From Felis catus (lineage: Eukaryota): a DNA stretch of 64,000 bases. The DNA is taken from assembly GCF_018350175.1 (NCBI RefSeq), contig NC_058368.1, positions 211,856,001 through 211,920,000 of the forward strand, read 5' to 3'. Every line of letters starts with the position of its first letter. Within the stretch, counting starts at the first letter, position 1. Of this stretch, positions 37,944 to 50,255 are shown one piece after another. The notes below the pieces were generated by a model. The model did no database searches. It saw nothing but the letters and a program-made list of their open reading frames with translations, and had not been told where the DNA came from. The position numbers were made by a program, and so were the translations under genes.

Positions 37944-37964
37944 GGCGCTTTCCGAGGTGCTGAA
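37944..37964 (-). promoter_or_regulatory. RE1/NRSE (REST-binding) element
   Basis: Reverse complement TTCAGCACCTCGGAAAGCGCC vs consensus TTCAGCACCnnGGACAGCGCC: one mismatch. Confidence 0.8.
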
Positions 37965-39611
37965 CTTCGCCACGCCCGCTTCGGGAAGGAGGAAGCGGTG
38001 GGCGGCAGGGAGAGCCCACCAGAAGATTCTCCTTTTCCTCTTCAAAGTTTCAGAAGGAGATGGTTGTAACCCTTTATTTTCCTATGTTTCTGGAGAAAGT
38101 CGGCTTTGATTTGCTCTCCCTTCTTCTTGTTTATTCCCAAACATAACTGCAGGTATTAGAATTTTTTTCTTTCTTCTTTACTCTCACTTTATCTTTGAAA
38201 TGATACCATTCGATGAAAGATGGTTCTAAAAATTCAAGATCTCCTACCCATTTTTATTTTTAAAAGCAACGGTAGTGGCCTCTTTTCATGCCCAGACCCC
38301 AAGTCAGATAATGGGCTTTTACTGGATAAACACAAATTCCACGTCCCCTTCTTTAATTATCTAACCACTTTACTTGGTGTCTGTGATTGTCACGATTTTC
38401 AAAGCTTCTTCATATAGCAAAACTATAGGTTCAAGTGTTGCCCTCTGCCTTTGGTATGTACTAAGAACTGAAGTTAGGCAGAGAGTATACAATTGGGGAG
38501 CTGACTTCACAGACACTAGATACCTACCGTCCAGCTCTCAGCCCAAAGCTCTTTCACAAATTGCTTACTCACATGCATTCTCTTTACCTTGATGCAGTTG
38601 GAATAGGGGATTCTATGAGGCTGTTTTTGGACCACCAGCCCCTTACTTTCACTATGATTATAATCAAAACTCTTTAGCAGGTGTTTTTCAGACCAATGGA
38701 AGTAAATGTTAAGGAATCTTCTAAGTTACCTTGGGCAAGGGGAACCAGTGTAAACCATTTGAATTACTTCTCAAATCGCAGTTTATTTAAATGCCAGCTC
38801 AACTGCTCAATGTAAATTATACTTCTTAGGGTGAAATGAAGAAATTTGAAATGTTTTCTGCACTGTCCCCGCCTAAACTGAGACAAAAATATGTTAAGCA
38901 TAATTGTCCTCTCTTCTGTGGAGTTCACGACTTTACTTACAGAGATGAAGAGGATGTGGCTTTAAAGCAGCAGAGATAGTAAAATAGTTAAAAAAGAAAT
39001 GTGGTACCCAAAACATATGAAGGGAAACTGAAACAATCTGGATTCCAAAGCAAGAACCCAGTTCCAAGCAGAGAACGTGCTTCCCTACACACTCTGGACT
39101 TCTCCAGTTGCCGGCTAGAGGGCGTCAGGGCTTTAGTAAAAAACAAATCAAAACCAACCACCTTGAACAGCTCTAATCTGGAGAAGTTCAGCCCAGCTCT
39201 GATTATTGCTCCCAACCTACAAGTTGCCTCTGTGGACACCTCTTATCTCTGTTTTAGTATCCTCATCTTTAAGCTCACTTTTCACTTCATGTTTTACTAA
39301 TTCTTTCTCCATCAAAATTTTCTCTCTCCTTTATTTAAAAAGAGAAGTTAAAAAAATATTTCAAGGTGCTATTGAAAAATGAGGAAGCCTATGGCATACT
39401 CTGACAATCCTTTGCCTTGTTTTTTCACACCTGTATATGGAAGGAATTACAGTTTTTAAATATTCTGAGGATAGATGCTAAGTAGGTGGCATCAGAGTCA
39501 GGTGGGGAGCTTGCTAAAAATATAAGTTGCAACTCTCCTCCCAGCCCTATGCTGGCCCAGAGATTCTGATTCTCAGTGGATTTGGAAAAGGATCCAAGAC
39601 TGTACATTTGC

Positions 39612-39812
39612 TTAAGTTTATTTTCATTTATTTTGAGACAGAGATAGAGAGCAAATGGGGGACAGAGAGAGAGATGGAGACCAAATCCCAAGCAGGGTCT
39701 GAGATGTCAGCACAGAGCCCAATGTGGGGCTTGAATTCATGAACTGTGAGATCATGACTTGAGCTGAAATCAAGAGTTGGACGCTTAACTGACTGAGCCA
39801 CCCAGGTGCCCC
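39612..39812 (-). mobile_element. CAN-SINE inserted in a MER5-like fossil
   Basis: TSD-like aagactgtaca / aagactctaca; MER5 sequence (agattctgattc...) on the left. Confidence 0.88.
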
Positions 39813-40914
39813 AAGACTCTACAACTTAAATGCATTCTTCCAGATGATACTAATTTTTTTCTAAGTTTGGGAATATCTGGACTTTTATTTTTTTTTTAAC
39901 TTTCCATGTAAAAAAATATTAAGTTCCCAAAAGTAATGAATGTCCAGTGGTGGTTTATCACACCCTAATATTGGAAGCAAAGGAAGAGAAAGAGGTCTTG
40001 GCAAGTTTCCTTAAAATCACATTTGGGTCCAACAATGACATTTTCTTCATTGTGGGACTGAGAGGGCCATGTGCTCCTGTGGTATGTCAGACAGCACATC
40101 TCAGACTGAGCCCTCGGGAGAGGCTGTCCCAAGTGCGACTCTCCAAGAATTCAGCCAGAATGCTTCTAAGGCCAGAATATTCATTTCTGAATCTGCTCTC
40201 TGAAAATGAACCAGAGATCATGTACAGCAATTTATAGTATCACTTAACTAAGCCTGTGTTATGGAAACAAAAATCCCTTTTCAAAGAAGTTCTTTTCCAA
40301 CACTAACTAAAGATATTTTAGACCCATTATCCTAAAAATATGGGCCACATTTTTCTCAGACATCATCTAAAAATTCAAGGAGAGAAACGTATCAGTGGTG
40401 GTCAAGTATCATTTAATTATACAAGGTCATAATCCAAATAATGTAATATATGACAAACAAGTTAGTAAAGGCTAGGATGTGAGTTTGAGGGAGCCTGGTA
40501 TCACATGGATAGTTTGTTCCGGGCAGACTGAAGCAAGACAGAAGCACTTGAGCTGGATCTAAATGAGAAGACAGGAAATTACAGGAGTCAGGTTAGAGAG
40601 AAGATATATAATCTGAACTTCTTGATTCTGGGATTCTACAAAGAAAAGTGGGTTTTCAGATAAAATAGAAAATAATCTATTCTTTCAAGATTCCTTTGGA
40701 ATATGTGCAGATAATCTTCACTCTGAATTATTTCTTTTCAGTCTGCAGATAGCACAGAATTTTATTGTACCAAAATTATGAATTGAATTCCTAATATGCA
40801 CAAAGCAATGTGTTAGGTGTTTGGATATAAAACAACAAAAACAACAATGGTACAATAATAATAATAATAATAATAAAAGCAATGATAACCATTCATATTT
40901 CACATTTATTTGGA

Positions 40915-41371
40915 AACTATTATTTTTCTAGGGTTGTTGTAATAAATTATCACAAAATGGGTGGTTTAAAAGAACAAAAATTTATTATCTCAAAATCCTC
41001 AACACTAGAAGTCAGAAATCAGGGTGTTGTCAGAGTTGGTTCCTTGGATGTTCTGAGGGAGAAAACATACCATGCCTCTCTCCTAACTTCTGGTGAGTCT
41101 ATGTTGATTCCTTGGTTTGTAACAGTATCATTGTTATCTCTGTCTTTGTCTTCAGATGGCATTTCTCCTTTCTGTGTGTATCTTTGTGTCTCTGTCTTCT
41201 CTCTATATAAGGACACCAGTCACTGAATTAGTGTCTACTCTAATCCTATATGACTTCATCCTAATCTGCAAAAGTTATATATTTACATTTCCAAACAGGG
41301 TCACATTCACAGGTACCGGGAACTAGGACCTGAACATATCTTTTTAGGGGACACAATTATACCCACTACAG
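40915..41371 (-). mobile_element. MaLR (MLT1B/C-like) solo LTR
   Basis: aataaattatcacaaaatgggtggtttaaaagaaca...ggggacacaattatacccactaca. Confidence 0.75.
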
Positions 41372-41614
41372 GTAACAACTGTGTCCACTGTGCAAAGGTT
41401 TTTATCTGCATTATCTCACCTAATACTCACAAGTGAGGTTAATACTACTATCATCCCAGATCTGATTTCCAGCCTTTTATCCCCAGAACTCTAGAGTTGC
41501 ATATCCAACTGTTACTTGATGCTTCAACATGGTTGCCGATTTCCTTCAGATTTTTCAATCTTAGTAAATGGCATTACTATTCACATAACTATTCAAACTA
41601 AAAACCCAAGAGTA

Positions 41615-41833
41615 GGGGCACCTGGGTGGCTCAGTCGGTTAAGCAGCCGACTTTGGCTCAGGTCATGATCTCGCGGTCCGTGAGTTCGAGCCCCGCGTCA
41701 GGCTCTGTGCTGACAGCTCGGAGCCTGGAGCCTGCTTCGGATTCTGTGTCTCCCTGTCTCTCTGCCCCTCCCCTGCTCATGCTCTGTCTCTCTGTGTCTC
41801 AAAAATAAAAATAAAAACATTAAAAAAATTTAA
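41615..41833 (+). mobile_element. Felid CAN-SINE with 15-bp TSD
   Basis: TSD aaaaacccaagagta at 41600-41614 and 41834-41848. Confidence 0.95.
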
Positions 41834-41989
41834 AAAAACCCAAGAGTAATTCTTTACCTCTCATTTTCCCTTACACTTAATTGAACTCAATGTAGCAGGT
41901 CTTAGTAGCATGTTCTCAAGAACAAAAACAAAAACAAAACCCCCAAATTCCTGAATCCACCTACTTCTTCCTATTTTTCAATTTCTCTC

Positions 41990-42489
41990 TGTGTTAGGTA
42001 TCTCTTGCTGAATAATAATTTATGTTAAAACTTTATGGCTTAAAATAACAGTCTGTGTAGTTCAGGAACCCAGGCGCAGCATAGTGTCATTGGCTCAAGG
42101 TCTAGCATGAGGTTGTAGTCAACCTATCAGCTGGAGTTGTGGTCTTATTTAATTAATTTAGCAGTAGAGAGGGGAATTTGCCTTTAAGTTCATTCACAAG
42201 GTTGTTGGCAGACCTTGATCTTTCACTCTGTGAGATGCTTCACAATATAGCAGCTGGGTTCTGGCAGGGTAATGGGGGGAGGGGGCAGGGAGAGGAATCG
42301 GCATGAAATCTATATGGTGTTTTTATAATCTAGTAAAAGAAGTGGCACTCCTATCACTTCTTCCACATCACCTTCTTTAGAGGCCAGTCAATAAGTCCAG
42401 TCCACACTCAGGGAGAGGGGAGTTATACAGGAATATGATTACTAGGCGGCAGAGATCATTGGGACTATCTTGAAAGCTGACTACCACAA
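41990..42489 (-). mobile_element. MaLR (MLT1) LTR, degraded
   Basis: tgtgttaggtatctc...ggcttaaaataaca...gatcattgggactatcttgaaagctgactaccaca. Confidence 0.6.
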
Positions 42490-42679
42490 TAGGGCACGTT
42501 GTCACAACACCCAGCAGGAAACAGGAGTTGAAGACCTACTCAACTGAGTAGATATCTCAGCAGTGACACAGTCAGCTGGGACAATAAAGATTGAAGTTAA
42601 AGCCCAGTAAAATGGAAGGGAATATTAAGTAAGCAGTCCAGGCTTTCAGTCCAAAACCTCAAAGAGGCACATCCTAAGG

Positions 42680-43180
42680 GTAAGTTCTACACTCTATTCT
42701 CAACAACCAGAAAACACACACTTCCTTCAAATACACATAGAACATTCACCAAAATAGACCACATGCTGGGCCAAACTCAAGTTTCAACACATTTCAAAGG
42801 ATTGAAATCATACAGACCATGTATTTTAAGCACAGTGGAATTAAACTAGAAATCAACAAAAGAATGATTACTAGAAGTCCTCAAATGTTTCACAATTAGG
42901 TTACATATTTTAAACAACCCTGGTTAAAGACGAACTAAAATATAAAATGTTATAAAAGAAAGTATAAAATAGTTTAAAATAAATCATAGTAAAATATGGC
43001 ATCAAATTCTGTGGGATGTAATCAAAACAGTGCTTAGATGGAAATTTATAGCTGTAAGTGCATATTTTTAAAAAGAAAGGTTAAACATCTAGCTTCAAAC
43101 TCAAAATACTAGAGGATGATAAATACTTTCATTCCAAAGAAAGAAGAAGTATGGGAATAGTAAAGATAAGAGCAGAAATA
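42680..43180 (+). mobile_element. L1 ORF2 (endonuclease-adjacent) fragment
   Basis: gaacattcaccaaaatagaccacatgctgggcca...gattgaaatcataca...aattaaactagaaatcaac. Confidence 0.85.
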
Positions 43181-44614
43181 TGCAGACAGCCTCTGCTATA
43201 TCAGGGATTAACCTTCTAGTTGTTGGCTCATACAGAGGTGGGTGGAGGAGGTCCCAAGAGAAGAGCAGAGAAGCCCAAGGTGGGGTTGCTCAGGGGGCTT
43301 TCAGAATATTCACAAAGGAGAATATTTATTTCTGAAGGCAAAGAGAGGAATGAGTAGTCTAATACTAAAACCAGAATCTGTTTCCCAACTCCAGGTGGGA
43401 GTTAAGAGAGGAAGCCAACTCTTTAATAGAGAGGTGTGTCCATGGGTCTCAAAGCAGGTTATTCCCAGAACATTCCCCACTAAGTCTCCCAGCCATCCAC
43501 CCTCACATCAAATATTTATTCATCCTTTTTATCTTTGAGGGAAATGCAGTAATAAATAAAACAAATAGCCCTTGTGCCCACAGTTTATAATCAAGTGGAA
43601 AGTCAATTATAAGGAATCATGAGATTCATTAACTTGACTCTCACTGCATGAAATTCAGGTTGGCTGCCTGCTTTCTAACTCAACATTGATAACATCAGTT
43701 CTTTTTCTGAGTCTTTCACAGGGTTCTCTCTGCCTTACATACGAACCCATGCATTCAATAAACATATCCTGTGTACTCCATTTTCTCACACTGGGTTTCA
43801 AGGACTCCATAATTTTATCCATATACATATCAGTCCTCTCACCTTCAAAAGATGAATCATAACACCTTAATCTGACCACAGCCACTGCTTTACTGCAGGA
43901 AGCAGTGGCTGAATCAATAGAGCCCTTTGCTCTTGGAGGCCTCTCAGGAGACTTGGTGTAGATTTAATAGGACAGCAAACAATCAACTAATAGTGTGAGT
44001 CGGTGTTATCTGCTATACTCAGAGAGGCTAGGAAGCAACAGAGGAGGACTTCTTGTTGCCAATGAGGCAATCCTGGCAGGCAACATTTGGAGAGTGTGGC
44101 CAAGGTAGACAAAGGTGCTCGCAGAGGCATTTAGCACCTGGCCAGCTGTCCCCTGGGCTTCGTGAAAGGGTCTCTGAGAGCACAGAGTCTGGCTTTCTAC
44201 GCTCTGAAGATTCAAAGTGCCGCAGATATTCATCTTGTGGCTGTAGAGATAACCTACATCTCTGTCTGGCAGTGTGGGCAAGCTATGTTAAAAGTGCAAA
44301 ACCATGAAAAAAAAAAATAAAAGTGCAAAACCATGAAGAGAAGCTTTATCTTTATCCAGGGTTAACTTCAAAGCTGGTTTTTTGTTATTTTCATGTATAT
44401 CCTCAAGAGCCACTTTATCATGAGGAGAAGCATATATGAGTTGTTGAAATGAAATTGTTGGAGGACTTAGGGGCCTTGCTTCATAAGTTTCAAGCAAAGA
44501 TCTTTAACAGGAATTGGTGGTATGCATGCATCTGCTTGAGCTTAGGCTGGGTGTCGGTCACCAAGTTTTATCTCCATCGCTTTTCCAATGGTCAACAGAT
44601 AAGTTAGTGACAAG

Positions 44615-45050
44615 GTAAATGGATGGACCCAGGGTGGTAGATCCATACAATGGGACTCTATGCAGAAATAAAAAGGAGAAGAGTACTGGGACACAAAATA
44701 TCCAGATAATTACGCTGAGTTAAAGAAGGCAGACAAAAATTAGTTCATACTGTATGAATCCCTTTATGTGTAATTCAAGAAATTGCTAATGAGTCTCCAG
44801 AGACAGCAGGAGAGTTGGGGGGAGGTCATACAAGTAAGGACAGGAGGAGGGGACTGCAAAGGGACGGGGGAATCTTCTAGTTTGACACACACACACTAGC
44901 ACACACGCACATGTGCACACACACATACATGTCAAAACTTATTGTGGTGATGGTGTCACAGGTGTGTATATCCATGCAAATGCATAAAATTGTACACTTT
45001 AAACATATGCAGTTTATTGTATGTCAATTGTACCTCAATGAAGCAAAAGA
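44615..45050 (+). mobile_element. Old L1M 3' fragment
   Basis: atccatacaatgggactctatgcag...ttgtacactttaaacatatgcagtttattgtatgtcaattgtacctcaat. Confidence 0.75.
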
Positions 45051-45693
45051 AAAGGTATTATTATGGTATATCCTTATTGCCACCTGAGCAAAATCTCACT
45101 TCAAAGTTTCTTTGGGGCATGGCTGATCTGCTCTCAATGACCCCAGGAGGATACCAGAAAGCAGTGATGAATATCGGGGCTGTGGCCCTGACAGGAGCCT
45201 GGCAGAAGCCCTGACACTCAGCTGCTCTCCTGCTTCTCTGAGAAGAATGCCAGCCCAGGCTATTCATGGGCTTGTGTCGAGCTCCGTGGGTTAGGAGAAT
45301 ATTAAAAGTGCAGGAAACTAGGATTGTGAACATTCCTTGGTATTTTCATACCTTCCTGACACCACTTTCCATGAAAGAAGTTCTGATCTGGTCAGATTCC
45401 AAAGACCTTGGTTGAGCTGCGTTTATTAGTGGATGGAATTATTGTTTGTTAACCAAACTCTATCATTGGTCTTTCTCTTCCATTTTTTTCTTCTGTGCAG
45501 CTGAGTATGCAAAGCCTGGACTCTTCTCTTGTCCTTACCTCAGTTTGAGCTAATGAATAACAATGCCTCCTTGAAAATGTTTTTCACTTGATTTTGCAAA
45601 TACCACACTCTCCATTCTCATTTTGTTGCCTAGTCTTCGGTTTCCTGTGCTGATTTTTCTTTATTTCGCGGAACTCTATTGGAGCACTCTCAA

Positions 45694-46019
45694 TGTCTTA
45701 GCCTGTTTTGACTGATATGACAAAAATACCATAGACTGGGTGGCTTGTAAACAACAGAAATTCATTTCTTACAATTTTGGAGGATGGGAAGTCCAAGATC
45801 AAGGCACTGGCAGAGTCAGTGTCTGGTGAGAGCCTGCTTTCTGCTTCACAGACGGCTATTTTCATGCTGTGTCTTCACATGGTGGAAGGGGTGAGATAGC
45901 TCTCTGGAGCCTCTTTTATAAGGGCACAAATCCCATTCATGAGGCTTCCACTCTCATGGACTAATCACCTCCCAAAGACCCCACCTTCCTATGCCATCAC
46001 ATTGGGGTTTAGGATTTCA

Positions 46020-46051
<32 letters not shown>

Positions 46052-46082
46052 CTGGGGGGAAGACACAGATATTTAGTCTACA
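45694..46082 (-). mobile_element. MaLR (MLT1A-like) LTR with (TG)n, embedded in an L2 relic (~45480-47200)
   Basis: aaaataccatagactgggtggcttgtaaacaacagaaat...gggaagtccaagatcaagg; L2 3' end aaatatttgttgaatgaa near 47190. Confidence 0.75.
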
Positions 46083-47549
46083 ATACCCGGAGTACAAGCT
46101 TCACATTTGTTTTCTTCTCTGCTACATTCTCATAATAGATACTTTCATTCCATTCAAGGCTGTCAATATCATCCAAATACCTATGATGACTTCTGAATGC
46201 ATAACGTCATCCTGAACCTCTCTCTGAACTCAAGACTTGTGTATCCATTAGCCTATTTGCCTTTTCCTTTCAGATATCTAAGAGATATGTTAACATGTTT
46301 CAAACTGAACTTTTGATTTTCCCCACCCCCACCAATTCTATTCTATCTTCCATCTTCCCCATCTCAATTATTGGCAACTCTAAACCTTGAAACGCTCCTT
46401 GAGTTCTTTTTTTTCCTTACGCCACACATCCAATTTATTAGAAAGTCTTGTGTTTACTTGCAAAATAAATCCAGAATCTGATAGATTTTCACCATGTCTT
46501 TTGCTACCACATGATGTAACCCATCATTATCTGATACCTGAGTTAATTCAGTGGCTTCGTAACTGCTCTCTATGCTCCTCCCTTTCCCTCTCTACAGCAG
46601 CCCAAGACACCCTATAAATCCTAAGTCATTTCGTGTCACTTCTGTATCCTGTATTCAACTCCCCACCCACCATGGCTTCTTTACTTGCTCAGGGTAAAAT
46701 CCAAAGTCTTCCCTGTGGTCTCTAAGGGCCTTGTGACCTTCCCTCCCCCTCTCCATCACCACTCTCCCCTTGTCCACACACTTGACAAACATTTTGCTTC
46801 TTCTTGAGCTCTTTAAGCATATTCCTATTTATTCCCAATAAGGTCTTTCCCCAATAGGGTCTTTCTTATTACCGTCTCCTTGGACTGGAATGTTCTTCTT
46901 CCAGATACTTATTTTGTCCAGATTCTTAATTCCTTCCTTAAAATTATCTTAGTGGAGGCCACTCTTGACCCTCTTATATAAAAGAGGAACCCACTCCTCT
47001 CAATACTTCAGTCCTCCTTAGCCTGTTTTTGTTCCCACTGCTCTTACCACTGTCTACATATATTTACTTGTTTGTTCTCTTTCCCCCTGGCTCAAGCCAG
47101 GGCATATGAAAACATGAGGAAAGATTCTCTGACTATTTTATTCATTGTTATACCCCCAATGACTAGACACAGAAGCAGTCAACAAATATTTGTTGAATGA
47201 ACACACGGAGTATTCTCTTTTTGCTAACACAGTAGCGCTCAAATATTCCCTGATACATCCCATCCCTAATTTCTTCCTTTTCTTGGGAACAATGGGCACA
47301 CCATTCTTTAATTCAGATTTAATTTTTAAGGCAGAATGACAGAAAGGGACTGGTGCCCACGTGGACTAACACAGGACCAATCTGATAATGGTACCTCTGA
47401 AGTTGCCAACATGGTTACTCAGAGACCACCATGCATGGGCACTCAGTTGTCTACTCACTTCTCATTATTAGGCTTCTCTAATTTCCAATCCGATAGCATC
47501 TTTCTTCATCAAGTGTTAAATTATTTTACAGAATAAGAACAAATTGTTA

Positions 47550-48780
47550 AGTTTATGTTTTTTTATTTAGAAACAACCACAAACTTATGAAAGTTGGAAG
47601 TGGAGTTAAAGAGAACATTTTATGTTCTGAATCATTTGAGAGTAAATTGTCAACTAGATGCCCCTCACCTCCACTTTCATGTGTATCTCTAACAAACAAG
47701 GCCAGTGTTCTACATAAGTCACACCGTCACAACTGGGAAATTAAGTGATACAATACTAACACTACATTCTTTGTCTCCTTTCAAGCTTCACTAATTATTC
47801 CAACAGTGTCTTTTGTGACAAAAGGACCTTATTTAGAATTAAGTGTTGCATTTAGTTGTCATATCTCTTAGGTCTCCTTCAATCTGGGACAGGTTTTTAG
47901 TTTTCCTTTGACTTTCTTAGCCTTTTGCAGATTAAAAAAAAAAAAAAAAAAAACACCAGCAGTTATTGAGTGAGCTGACGTGCCTCAACTTAGGTTGTCT
48001 GATGTGTTCCCATGATTAGAGTCAGACTATGTGTCTTGGGCAGATATTTCACAGAGTGATGGTGTTCTTATTGGAGCCTATCAGGTAGCACATGGTTTTG
48101 ATTATCCACACTACTGATTTTGTTTTCTTTGTTTACTTGATTAAAGGGATATTTGCAAGCCTTGTTCACTCTAAAGTACTCTTTTTGCCTTTATATGTAA
48201 TAAATATTTGGGAGGAGATAATTTAAAATTGTATAAAGTTGTATAAAGTTCCCGTTCTTCATCGTTTATCTATTTATCTATCATTTATCTATTTGTATCA
48301 ATATGGATTCATTGATTCTTATCTTATTGTAAGATTTATTACTATTATATGTTTTTGCTTAAACTTCCCTAGACTTGGCCAGTGGGTGCCTTTTCATGTT
48401 AACTCCTCTCTCCTTTTGACAAGCTCTCATCTTTCTTTGAGTTTTGTTTTTGTTTTCGTTTTTCAGCAATAAAATGCTTCTGGCTTATCTTCTATCTCTC
48501 AAACCCTAGTTCTAAATCCAGTCATTTCTCTAAGGAGTCCTAGTTCTTAGGCCTATTTATATCTTTATTTCTGTATGCATCTATATAGTCATCAGCAACT
48601 TTGGGTTCATACCAATTACCTTCAGTTGTAGTCCAACATAGAGTTTATTCTACTTCTCTCTCTCTCTCTCTCTCCCTCTCTCTCTCTTTTCATATTGGTA
48701 ATTCTCTTCACTGGCAGTGAGAAACTTGACTCCCATTATCCTTGCTGTGTTTACTTATTTAATAAATTTCCCTGTATGTA
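47550..48780 (-). mobile_element. Degraded L1MC-like fragment
   Basis: gttgcatttagttgtcatatctcttag, catttctctaaggagtccctagttc blocks. Confidence 0.6.
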
Positions 48781-49559
48781 ACAGATCTCCAGTCACCACC
48801 ATCAGTTTCCACCACCACCCCACCCTTTCTTACCCTGCCAGTATTTCAGCACCCTTCTGGGACATTCCCTCTCAGGTGGATGCCCTCCTCACTCTGCTCA
48901 GGTTCTGATACCATGCAGTGTGTAGCCGTCTTACATTGATAACGATTTTACATTGCTGAGGCTCTGACACCTTTGTAATAGGCTGCTCCCTGACCCCCTC
49001 ACACAACTTGGAGTCCCTCTGGCAGACCTCCCATATGAATCTCCCTCCATTAACCCAGTAAAATCTTGTTGTATTTCATTTTGATTAGGCTTAAGATGAT
49101 CTACAAACTGAAATTAGTTTCAGTTTACTGCAACATTTTGATTTAAGTGCTACACATTTTTTTCTGAAATATGCTGCTTTCTTTCAGCCAATAGTATATT
49201 TCATTAATCAGGGATCCATAGCCTTCTCAGCCATGGCTTTCAAAGGGGCATTGCCATGACATTGTTTATTTAATTAAGTTGATTAATTACATTAGAAGAA
49301 TGGTCAAAATGGAACCCACCTGATACAAATCCAGGTAACTTTACAAAATCTACAATGCATAGATTCCAGAATCTTCAGATTGAGCCAGGAAGGCAAACTC
49401 TCTGGGAGTTGAGTGTATGGAGTAGGCAGTGTTGATTATCCGTCCACCTACATATTGGATACAACTGGGTGGAAGAATAAAAGTGAACTTACACTTCTAA
49501 GAGTTACAAATACTTAGCTCCATATTCTTTTAAGACTGGAGAAAGGTTTAAAAGAAAAT

Positions 49560-49735
49560 AGTACAAAACTGCCCTATGACCCAGCAATTGCATTACTAGA
49601 TACTTACCCAAGGACACAAAAATACTAATTCAAAGGGATGTTTGCACCCCAATGTTTATACCAGCATTATCTACAGTAGCCAAATTATGGAAATAACCCA
49701 AGTGTCCAACAACTGATGAATGGATAAAGATGTGG

Positions 49736-49770
<35 letters not shown>

Positions 49771-50255
49771 GTGTGTGCGTGTGTGTGTATATTTATATAT
49801 ACACACACACGCACACACACACACACATACACATACAATGGAATATTACTCAACCACAAAAAAGAATGAATCTTATCATTTGTAATGACATGGATGGAAC
49901 TAGAGAGTATTATGTTAACTGAAATAAGTCAGAGAAAGACAAATACCATGTGATTTCACTCATATGTGGAATTTAAGAAACAAAACAAATGAGCAAAGGA
50001 GAAAAAAAGAAAGAGAGAGAGAGAGAAGCAAGCCAAGAAACACACTCTTTCTTAACTATAAAGAACGAATTGATGGTTACCAGAGGGAAGGTGGGTGGGA
50101 GAATAGGTAAAATGAGTGATGGGGATTAAGGAATGCACTTGTGATGTGCACCGGGTGATGTACGAAGGTGTGGAATCACTATATTGTACATCTGAAACTA
50201 ATATTGCACTGTATGTTAACTAACTGGAATTTAAATAAAAACTTTAAAAAAGTAA
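49560..50255 (+). mobile_element. 5'-truncated carnivore L1 3' end with internal compound microsatellite
   Basis: ccctatgacccagcaattgcattactag...aaactaatattgcactgtatgttaactaactggaatttaaataaaa; TSD-like aaagaaaatagta / aaagaaagtagta. Confidence 0.9.

Larger units (their letters stand above)
34750..38030. promoter_or_regulatory. CpG island spanning RXFP3 promoter, CDS and proximal 3' region
   Basis: Sharp rise in GC content and CG dinucleotides relative to flanks (by eye; boundaries approximate). Confidence 0.85.

Noticed and set aside
37325..38045. 144-aa and 131-aa minus-strand ORFs upstream of RXFP3
   Set aside because: Lie in the GC-rich promoter and probably begin upstream of the TSS; only the 3' part is kept as a uORF candidate.
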